NCBI GenBank assembly: GCA_965203355.1
Contig: OZ241889.1
Location: 1,728,001-1,792,000 of the forward strand
Direction of reading: 5' to 3'
DNA length: 64,000 bases
Source of the DNA: Candidatus Latescibacterota bacterium
Lineage (GTDB): Bacteria; Latescibacterota; UBA2968; UBA8231
In this document: positions 8,556 to 16,465 of the stretch, piece by piece
How the letters are laid out: each line of letters begins with the position of its first letter
Position numbering within the stretch: position 1 is the first letter of the stretch
The notes under the pieces: model-generated
The model's input: the letters and a program-made list of their open reading frames with translations, nothing else
Databases searched by the model: none
Told to the model about the DNA's origin: nothing
Program-made: the position numbers and the translations under genes

Positions 8556-11500
8556 ATGATACATGCGAAGTTGTTCGTGCCGATGCCGCGCTTGGCGTTT
8601 GTGCCTTGTTTGCTGGCGGCCATTTTGGTGTTGGGCTGGGCCGGAGAGGCCGTGGCTCAGATCAATATGAAATTCACCCTTGACCCGCGTTTCGTCCGCG
8701 AGGATGGGGGGGCGCAAGATATTACGGCTACGGTAGAATTAAAAGACGCGAACGCTAAGGCGGGAGCAGATATTCAGGTTCATCTGACTCTCGTAGGTCC
8801 GACCAGAGGCTATCTCAATGATTACTTCACAATATCCTTGCCCTCTTTGGTGATTAAGAAGGGCGAGCGAAAGGGGACCGGGACCATAACCATAACCCCG
8901 GTAGACAATGATCAGATCGGAGCGACCTCGGCCACAGCGGGGATGGATGTTGATCCACTGATCATAAATTTTGCAAGTGTGGGTATAACTAGTGGGGGTG
9001 GGAGAGTTACTGCCGCAGCGGCTCTAAGGCGCCCTAATATTCCGGTCATTATACGGGCGATCTCAGGTGGTGGTCGAGGAACTAATTTCTCGTCAGACGG
9101 CGAACCCAATATCTATAACGATGGTGATGTAGGTGGCCTGTATGTCGAGATCATTGACGACGATCAGTTGCCGAGTGGGATTGACCTTTCTTTTTCGCCG
9201 TCCAAGCTCAGCAAGCAGGCGGATGCGACTCCGATTGAAGTGACGGCGACGGTGAAGGGCGGCGCGTTGAAGGCCCACGACCTTAAATCCCAGTTGGTTA
9301 TTTCTGGCGGCGACTTGACGCGCGATGTGGATTACTCGCTTACAGGGTTGGGTACTCTGACCATTCCACGGCGGCGGATCGACGCGACGACGACGATCAC
9401 CGTTGATCCGAAAAATAAGGCGGGCACGATCACGCTGGGGGGCAGTGATACGCTGCTGGTGGAGTTCAAGAAACGGCTCAATAGCGCGGGTAAGCAGGTC
9501 CGGATCGACTTCAACCTGGATGGTAGCTTTGAAGGAGATGGTTATGTAAAACCCTCATCAGTAACTAGTAATCTTAAGGAAAGGAGCAACGCCATCCTCG
9601 CAATAGACTTGGATGGCGATGGAACTATTGGATTAACCGACGAATCAAGTGAAGGGAATGATGGGAATACTTTCATAGGGCTTGGGACATGGGGTGGGTC
9701 TCAGGTTGGATACGCCCTTGGCAACTCCGACACCCTTACGGCGGGCACCGTCTTAGTAGAACGAGACTTGGGGCTCGACTTGTTCAATGATGGCGACTTG
9801 TTGGATACCTTTGTGGTGCCCGCCGATAGCGTATTAACAGAAGCAGGTCCCTATGTAGTCGATAGAAATAAAGTGCGTCAAGCCTCCAACGGAAGGCTGA
9901 TCCGCGTCGGTCTTGACGTTGGCGGCGATGGGGTGATCGAGGGGACGGCTAACATCGTCGGAGCTTTCAAGCGTATGGACTCTTTTGTCGTTGCGGTCCC
10001 GGTCAATCCGGGCACCATCACGATCGAGGACGTTGCGGTTGCGACGATCAAGAATTTTACGCTGAGTCCGGCGACGATCCGCGAGGCCGCCGGCGCGACC
10101 GACGTTACGATGACGGTTGAATTGGCGAAAGCCTTGACCGGCGCGAAGGCGGTGGACTTTCAGATTACGGCGGGTCAGGGGACGCGCGATGTGCATTACG
10201 AGGTGGAAGTCACTGAAGGCTTGACGATCCCGACCGGCGACACGAAAGGCACGGCAACGCTGCGCGTCACGCCGGTGGACAACAGCGGGGTGAATAATCC
10301 GTGGACGTTCGATGTGATAGCGAAGGTCGGCACCGAAGCGTCTCAGAAGGATACGGTGGAGTTCAAAATCACGGACGATGAGACGCTGAGCGAAAACATT
10401 ACGCTGTCGGTCAATCCGAGCGAAATCAAAGAGGACGCCGGGGCGACGACGGTCACAGTAACCGGTACGTTAGACGGCAAGGTGCTGGACGCGGCGGCGA
10501 CGATCACGCTGGTCGTGGATAATACGCCGGACAAGTCGGCGACGCGGGACGTGGATTACACGGCGGTGCTTAGCTCGCTGACGATTCCGCGCGGCGAGAT
10601 CACCGGCTCGACGACGATCACGGTCACGCCCGTCAACGACGGGAAAGACGACAACGACGAAACGATCACGCTGAAGCAACTCACGGACAATCTCAAGAAC
10701 CAAGACGACGACAAGATCAAGGTCGGCACCACGAAGATCACGCTGAAAGACGCGGCGAAGATGGATGATTCTTCGGATACGCCGGCGGACACGGGCCGAC
10801 CGAGTTTCGGCACTGGTGCGTTAGCCTTTGAAGCGACGGTGGGGCAGGCGTTCAGCGAGGTGTTGCCCGCGGCGACGGGCGGCCAAGGAACGCTGCGGTA
10901 CCGGGTCTCGTCGGACCTGCCGATGGGTCTGTCGTTTGACGCGGCCACCCGGACGCTTTCCGGGACGCCGACGCTGGCGGGTATGTCGGAAGTCTTCTAT
11001 ACGGCGATCGATGCCGACGGCGATGGCGGGGTACGGACTTTCACCATCACGGTTGCTGAGGCTCCGCCGGTCACCGTGGGCGTCGCCAGCGTGATGGCTT
11101 CGCAATCGGCGGTGCGCGAAAACGGCGACACGGCTGAAATTCGGGTTACGGCGACTCTGTCGGAGGCGGCCCCGGCGGCTGAGAGCGTCCGCTTCACGAT
11201 TGTGCCGCCGGCCAGCGGCGCGATGGCCACCCGCGACGTGGATTACACCGCGACATTGGTGGGGACGATCACCATTGCGGCCGGCGAGACGATGGGTTCG
11301 ACGACACTTTTCCTGTCGCCGATTGACAACGCTTCGGCGGACGGTCATAAGTTCTTGGGCGTTCGGGCGGCGGCTTCAGGCGGCTGGGGGCAAGTGGACT
11401 TGCGGATTTCCGACGACGAGACGCCAAGCACGTCTTTGGTCGTGTCGGTGATGCCGAGCGCGCTCAGCGAGTCGGCGGAATTGACGGAAGTAATGGTCAT

Positions 11501-14213
11501 GGCCGCGTTGGATGGCAAGCCGCTGGCCGAGAATGCCACGGCGATCGTCTCGATTGACGAGGTGGCTTCGAGTGCCACCCGCGACACGGACTACTCGGCC
11601 CTATTCAATCCGACGATTACCATTGCCGCCGGTTCGATCATAGGTTCGACGCGCCTGTTGATCGATCCGGTCTCGGACGGTATGGCTGAAGGCGACGAGA
11701 CGGTTGTGCTCAACGCGATGCTGCCGGGCTTGACGGCGGGTTCGGCGACGCTGGTGCTGACGGAAGCGGCCGGCGGCATGATGGACGATAAGGAGATGAT
11801 GATCCCCTTGTCTTTCGTCGAGGGCACTTCGATTGCCGCACATGCCTATACGGCGGGCACGGCGATTACGCCGTTGGTGCTGCCGATGGCGATGGGCGGC
11901 GAAGGCACCATCACGTATAGCGTGTCGGGGCTACCGGCGGGACTGTTGTTTGACCCGGCCACCCGGACGATTTCGGGCACACCGGAAGCGGCGACCGATG
12001 GGGCCGTTGAAGTCACCTACACGGCGATGGCTGGCGACGAAAGCGTCTCGCTGATGTTCACGATCACAATCAACGCGATGCTAGACTGGGGCGACCTGAG
12101 TTCGTTGTTCGGTCTCAACAGCGGTGCTGGCAAAGCCAATCCAGCCGACTCGCACGACAACAGTATGATTCAATTCACCGTCGGTGTGCCAGCAAATCTG
12201 ACGCTGCCGGCCGTCTCCGGGGGCACTCCACCGCTGACGTATAGCGTGTCGGGGCTGCCAGCCGGGCTGTCGTTTGACCCGGCCACCCGGACGATTTCCG
12301 GGACGCCGACGACGATGGGCGAGACGGTCGCGACCTACACGGTCATGGATGCCAGCGGCGCGAGTCAGTCGCTGCCGTTGAGCATGGCGGTGGTGGAGCC
12401 GCCGCTGTCGGCGCCGACCAACCTGGTCGCCGAGGACTACAAAGGTGCGGACGGCCAAGGCGACCAAGGCGGTTTCGTAATGCTGTCTTGGGAGCTATCG
12501 GCGGATCATAAGTCGCTGGACGGCTATCGCATCTTCCGTGCGTTGCCGGTGCTAGGCAATGAGATGGTGCCGTGGGCGCGGGTGGATGCCGTGCCTGGGG
12601 TGGCGATGGGCCGCGCTATCGTGGCGACGCTGGACAATGTCTCGACACGTTGGGGTATTGCCGCCGAAAAAGATGGCCGCACCACGCACCATGCGGCCAA
12701 AGCCGTGTTCGTCGAGGCCGACGATGTGACGCAGCCTTACGCGCAGATGGCGAAGACGCTGCAAGCGAGCCGGGATGCCGCGCAGGCGGGTCCGGTGCTG
12801 GCATCGTTGTTGCCGGAAGCATTGGCCTACGCTCGCGGCGTGGCACCGAAACTAAATGTCGTCGGTAACGTGCTGAGTTCGTCGATTACTTGGACGGCCG
12901 AGGCCGTGCGGGCGACCGACGACATCGCGCCATTGGCCGTGTCGGCGTTGCAGGTGTTGGATGCGCCGGACGATCAGGGCGGTCGCATCGCGCTGACGTG
13001 GACGCTGTCGCCGTCGGATCAGGTGCTGCAAGGGGTCGTGGCTGGTGCTTTGGGCCCGGCGCCGGTCGAGCCGGTCGTCGGCGTCCATGGCTACCGCATC
13101 TATCGCCGCGCTGTGGGAGACGAAACGTTTTCCGTGGTCGCCGAGGTGGCGTCCGGGGTGGCGTCCTTCGTTGATGAGACGGCGCAGCATGGGGTGCATT
13201 ACACCTATCAGGTGCGGCCTTTCGACTTAGACAACGAGACCGGTTCGGTTGAGCATACCGCGCTGGCCGTGCGCAACCGGGTGGCCGATAGCCAAGGGCA
13301 GGCCCTGTTGGGTCTGTTCGGGGCCGACGCGCGCATTGGGTTCGACGATTTCTTCGTGTTGGCCGACCGCTTCGGCTTGACGGCGGGCGACGCCGGGTTT
13401 GATCCGGCGTTTGACCTGGCGCCGAATGGGACGATTGATTTCGACGATTTCTTCGTGTTGGCCGACCATTTCGGTCGCAGCGTGGCGGTTTCGGGCAAGC
13501 CGGTGGCGTTGCAGGCCGGGCTGAATGCGGACGCGCGGCTGTATCTGGACGCGCCGACAGCCCTGCCGAGCGTAGGAGAAGAGTTCGTCGTTAATGTGCG
13601 ACTGGCCGATTTCGTGGCGGTCAAGGGCTACGGCTTGCAGGTAGCCTATGACGCCGACCAGCTAACCTTCGTCGAGGCGCGGACCGATCAGCCGCTCGGC
13701 GGGAGCGCGTTCGCTACGCCGCAGGTGTTGGCCGACCAAGCGGGCGTGTTGACGGTAGCCGCCCACGGCGACGTCGTTGCCGATGGCGAGCTAATGCTGC
13801 GCTTGGTCTTCCGTCCGACGACCGAGATCGCGCACACGACCCTCGAAATCACCGACAGCCAGACGTATGACCGGGCGTTGGGCTTCAACCGGCTGGCACT
13901 GCCCGCGCCGATTTCGGTGCAGACGCGCCCGGCCGTGTTCTCGCTGGCAGCCAACTATCCGAACCCGTTCAATCCGCAGACGACGATTCAGTATGCGTTG
14001 CCGCAGGCGGCGGACGTGGGGCTGACGGTGTATAACGTGTTGGGTCAGCCGATTCGGACGCTGGTCGCCGAGCATCAGGCGGCGGGTCGCTACGCGGTGG
14101 AATGGGACGCGACCAACGATAGCGGCCAGAGCGTGTCGTCGGGGATGTACTTCTATCGCTTGCAGGCCGGCGGCGACTTCCTCGATGTCAAGAAGATGCT
14201 GCTGCTCAAGTAG
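8556..14213 (+). CDS. Giant secreted surface protein: signal peptide, Calx-beta/Ig-like repeats, three putative Ig (He_PIG-like) repeats, Fn3-like, dockerin/EF-hand-like, cohesin-like and FlgD/T9SS C-terminal domains
   Basis: Signal peptide ending AVA-Q; recurring ATRDVDY...TITVTPVD units; GLP.GLSFDPATRTISGTP x3; GFDDFF/DFDDFF pair; C-terminus NYPNPFNP...SSGMYFYRL...KKMLLLK. Confidence 0.85.
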   Translation: MIHAKLFVPMPRLAFVPCLLAAILVLGWAGEAVAQINMKFTLDPRFVREDGGAQDITATVELKDANAKAGADIQVHLTLVGPTRGYLNDYFTISLPSLVIKKGERKGTGTITITPVDNDQIGATSATAGMDVDPLIINFASVGITSGGGRVTAAAALRRPNIPVIIRAISGGGRGTNFSSDGEPNIYNDGDVGGLYVEIIDDDQLPSGIDLSFSPSKLSKQADATPIEVTATVKGGALKAHDLKSQLVISGGDLTRDVDYSLTGLGTLTIPRRRIDATTTITVDPKNKAGTITLGGSDTLLVEFKKRLNSAGKQVRIDFNLDGSFEGDGYVKPSSVTSNLKERSNAILAIDLDGDGTIGLTDESSEGNDGNTFIGLGTWGGSQVGYALGNSDTLTAGTVLVERDLGLDLFNDGDLLDTFVVPADSVLTEAGPYVVDRNKVRQASNGRLIRVGLDVGGDGVIEGTANIVGAFKRMDSFVVAVPVNPGTITIEDVAVATIKNFTLSPATIREAAGATDVTMTVELAKALTGAKAVDFQITAGQGTRDVHYEVEVTEGLTIPTGDTKGTATLRVTPVDNSGVNNPWTFDVIAKVGTEASQKDTVEFKITDDETLSENITLSVNPSEIKEDAGATTVTVTGTLDGKVLDAAATITLVVDNTPDKSATRDVDYTAVLSSLTIPRGEITGSTTITVTPVNDGKDDNDETITLKQLTDNLKNQDDDKIKVGTTKITLKDAAKMDDSSDTPADTGRPSFGTGALAFEATVGQAFSEVLPAATGGQGTLRYRVSSDLPMGLSFDAATRTLSGTPTLAGMSEVFYTAIDADGDGGVRTFTITVAEAPPVTVGVASVMASQSAVRENGDTAEIRVTATLSEAAPAAESVRFTIVPPASGAMATRDVDYTATLVGTITIAAGETMGSTTLFLSPIDNASADGHKFLGVRAAASGGWGQVDLRISDDETPSTSLVVSVMPSALSESAELTEVMVMAALDGKPLAENATAIVSIDEVASSATRDTDYSALFNPTITIAAGSIIGSTRLLIDPVSDGMAEGDETVVLNAMLPGLTAGSATLVLTEAAGGMMDDKEMMIPLSFVEGTSIAAHAYTAGTAITPLVLPMAMGGEGTITYSVSGLPAGLLFDPATRTISGTPEAATDGAVEVTYTAMAGDESVSLMFTITINAMLDWGDLSSLFGLNSGAGKANPADSHDNSMIQFTVGVPANLTLPAVSGGTPPLTYSVSGLPAGLSFDPATRTISGTPTTMGETVATYTVMDASGASQSLPLSMAVVEPPLSAPTNLVAEDYKGADGQGDQGGFVMLSWELSADHKSLDGYRIFRALPVLGNEMVPWARVDAVPGVAMGRAIVATLDNVSTRWGIAAEKDGRTTHHAAKAVFVEADDVTQPYAQMAKTLQASRDAAQAGPVLASLLPEALAYARGVAPKLNVVGNVLSSSITWTAEAVRATDDIAPLAVSALQVLDAPDDQGGRIALTWTLSPSDQVLQGVVAGALGPAPVEPVVGVHGYRIYRRAVGDETFSVVAEVASGVASFVDETAQHGVHYTYQVRPFDLDNETGSVEHTALAVRNRVADSQGQALLGLFGADARIGFDDFFVLADRFGLTAGDAGFDPAFDLAPNGTIDFDDFFVLADHFGRSVAVSGKPVALQAGLNADARLYLDAPTALPSVGEEFVVNVRLADFVAVKGYGLQVAYDADQLTFVEARTDQPLGGSAFATPQVLADQAGVLTVAAHGDVVADGELMLRLVFRPTTEIAHTTLEITDSQTYDRALGFNRLALPAPISVQTRPAVFSLAANYPNPFNPQTTIQYALPQAADVGLTVYNVLGQPIRTLVAEHQAAGRYAVEWDATNDSGQSVSSGMYFYRLQAGGDFLDVKKMLLLK

Positions 14214-14236
14214 CATCCACGACACCGCAAGTTACG

Positions 14237-14273
14237 GAAATGGGACCCCGATGTTCTGGGGTCCCATTTTCTT
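14237..14273 (+). terminator. Intrinsic terminator of the giant protein gene
   Basis: aaatgggacccc-gatgttct-ggggtcccattt followed by tctt. Confidence 0.8.
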
Positions 14274-14301
14274 ATGAACGTCAGGTCGCCCGCCTACGGA
14301 C

Positions 14302-14405
14302 CGCTTGCAGGCGGGCGGCGATTTCCTCGACATCAAGAAGATGTTGCTGCTCAAGTAACATCCACGATACAGCGAGTTACGGAAATGGGATCCCGATGTT
14401 CTGGG
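14302..14405 (+). pseudogene. Relic second copy of the last 18 codons, stop and 3' UTR of the giant gene (copy of 14157-14260)
   Basis: 104 bp with 10 mismatches; encodes RLQAGGDFLDIKKMLLLK* vs RLQAGGDFLDVKKMLLLK*. Confidence 0.85.
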
Positions 14406-14519
14406 ATGTCCATATCGGAATTAGACAGCGCACTGGTTTGTCCCGCCGTCCCCTCCGCCGCTGCCGGGTCCCATTTCTATTGTCCATGTCGGGAACTAGA
14501 CTGCACTGCTAAAGCGGGA

Positions 14520-15518
14520 TTAGACCAAATCATTCGGTCGTGATACCGTTCTCCCCGTCGGCTGTCTGGGGTTCTCCATCCGCGCCGCTTCTAAGACAGC
14601 CTGAAAGTCCGCCGGCAGCGGCGCGACAAACTCCATCATCTCTCCAGTGGTCGGATGCGCGAAACGCAGTTTTTTGGCGTGTAGGGCTTGGCGTTTGATC
14701 AGGCTTAGCATCCAGTTGGCTTGGCGGCGGTACTCGGGGCGAATTCCTCTGGCTTGGTCGCGGCCTCTATACACGGGGTCGCCGAAGACAGGATGGCCGA
14801 TATGGGCCAGATGTACGCGGATCTGGTGGGTGCGTCCCGTCTCTAGCTGGCACTCGACCAAGGTTGTAAAAGGACAGCACTCGACGACACTGAAACGGGT
14901 TGCCGCCGTTCGCCCGTCTTCGACCACGGCCATCTTCTTGCGGTTTTTGGGATGGCGACCAATCCGGGCTTCGATCCGCCCATTTTCCGCCCGCAAGACG
15001 CCCCACACTAAGGCGGCGTAACGGCGTTCGATCTGGTGCGCTTGGAGGCTTGCGGCCAGTATCCGGTGGGCGGCGTCGCGCTTGGCCACTAGCAGCAAGC
15101 CGCTGGTTTCCTTGTCGAGTCGGTGGACGATTCCCGGCCGGAGTGCGCCGTTAATGCCCGACAGATCGCGACCGTGATGTAACAGCGCGTTGACGAGGGT
15201 GCGCGTGGTCGCGCCTGGGGCTGGATGTACGGTCATGCCGGCCGCTTTGTTGACGACCAGCAAGTCGTCGTCTTCGTACGGGATGGATAGGGGCAGTGCC
15301 TCGGGTTGCGCGGCTAGCGGCGCGGGCTCAGGCCGTTCGATGGCGATCGCGTCTCCGGGCCGGACCAGATACGATGGGCGCGTCTTTTGGCCATTGATGC
15401 GGATCGCTCCGGCCTTGATGAGTGCTTGGATGCTGCTGCGCGAATGGTGCGGACAGTGCGTGCGGAGAAAAAGATCGAGCCGCTCGGCCGCGGAGCCGAT
15501 GGGAACGACGAGGTCCAT
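14520..15518 (-). CDS. rluD: RluA-family 23S rRNA pseudouridine synthase (RluD-like)
   Basis: S4 domain, RPGIVHRLDKETSG, TGRTHQIRVH, QALHA. Confidence 0.93.
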   Translation of the reverse strand: MDLVVPIGSAAERLDLFLRTHCPHHSRSSIQALIKAGAIRINGQKTRPSYLVRPGDAIAIERPEPAPLAAQPEALPLSIPYEDDDLLVVNKAAGMTVHPAPGATTRTLVNALLHHGRDLSGINGALRPGIVHRLDKETSGLLLVAKRDAAHRILAASLQAHQIERRYAALVWGVLRAENGRIEARIGRHPKNRKKMAVVEDGRTAATRFSVVECCPFTTLVECQLETGRTHQIRVHLAHIGHPVFGDPVYRGRDQARGIRPEYRRQANWMLSLIKRQALHAKKLRFAHPTTGEMMEFVAPLPADFQAVLEAARMENPRQPTGRTVSRPNDLV

Positions 15519-15524
15519 GGAAAT

Positions 15525-16031
15525 TTACTCCCGGACGATTTCCCCTTCGGACGCCGGGGAGGACGGCTGCTCGGACTGGTCGGGTGTCTTTTCGCGGCGC
15601 GAGTAGCCCAAGGCCAAGAGCAAGACGCCGACGGTGACAAAGGAATCGGCAAAGTTGAAGATTGGCCAGCGCAAGTCCCCGAGGCCGAAGTCGAAAAAAT
15701 CTACCACTTCCCCCAAGTACAGGCGGTCGATGATGTTGCCCACAGCGCCGCCTAACACTAGGCAGAGGGCTAGGCGCAAAAGCCGCTCGTTGGCGGCGAG
15801 CGAGCGATAGAGGTAAATGAGGATGCCGAGGGCGAGTAACGAGAAGGCCGTGTGCAGCAACGGGCTCCCTATGTTTAGCCCGAAGGCCGCGCCAGGGTTG
15901 TGGATGTAGGTCAGGCGGAAAAAGTTGCCCAACACCGGATCGGACTGGTACAGCGCCATGGAGCCGCGGACGATGAACTTGCTAACTTGATCGATGACCA
16001 CGGCTAGCGGTATGATCCACAGAAACGTCAC
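15525..16031 (-). CDS. lspA: Lipoprotein signal peptidase II
   Basis: NPGAAFG, GGAVGNIIDR, VVDF, FNFADS. Confidence 0.96.
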   Translation of the reverse strand: MTFLWIIPLAVVIDQVSKFIVRGSMALYQSDPVLGNFFRLTYIHNPGAAFGLNIGSPLLHTAFSLLALGILIYLYRSLAANERLLRLALCLVLGGAVGNIIDRLYLGEVVDFFDFGLGDLRWPIFNFADSFVTVGVLLLALGYSRREKTPDQSEQPSSPASEGEIVRE

Positions 16032-16432
16032 GCTAAGTCCGATTCCTCTTCGCGCTTGGACTTACAGCTAATGCACTGGGTGGCGGTGGGCACGGCCTCT
16101 AGGCGGCCGCGGCCGATGGGCCGCTGGCAGGTGCGGCAGATGCCAAAGGTGCCGTCCTTGATGCGTTGCAGGGCCTTGTTTAGGTGATCGATGTAATCGC
16201 CACCGCGCTGGGCGAAGAGTTGGGATTTTTCTCGCTCCATGGTGGCGGTCCCGTGGTCGGCCATATGCAGCGAATACGTCGAGCGGTCCTCAGAGGCGGT
16301 TTCCCGGGCGTCGTGGCGCAAGGTATTTTCAATGGCTTCGACATCGTCTGAGGTTTGGGCGATTTTTGTGAGGAGCAATTTTTTGAAAAAATCGAGGTCT
16401 TTTTGGTCTAGCGGCTTGGATTGGTCGTTCAT
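16028..16432 (-). CDS. dksA: DksA/TraR C4 zinc-finger protein
   Basis: HMADHGT, CRTC...RLEAVP...CISC. Confidence 0.85.
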   Translation of the reverse strand: MNDQSKPLDQKDLDFFKKLLLTKIAQTSDDVEAIENTLRHDARETASEDRSTYSLHMADHGTATMEREKSQLFAQRGGDYIDHLNKALQRIKDGTFGICRTCQRPIGRGRLEAVPTATQCISCKSKREEESDLA

Positions 16433-16465
16433 CTTACTTCCTCTCTCTTTATCTTTCTTTTCTAC

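Noticed and set aside
8086-8717. ORFs 8086-8556, 8235-8432 and 8280-8717 (also 3047-3253 and 3232-3438)
   Set aside because: They translate poly-C, heptamer and leader repeats; no RBS or family motifs
10929-12311. Internal DNA repeats in the giant gene as recombination cassettes
   Set aside because: Fully explained by three in-frame Ig-like domain repeats
14157-14405. Diversity-generating retroelement TR/VR pair
   Set aside because: Differences are not confined to adenines, are mostly synonymous, and no reverse transcriptase is present
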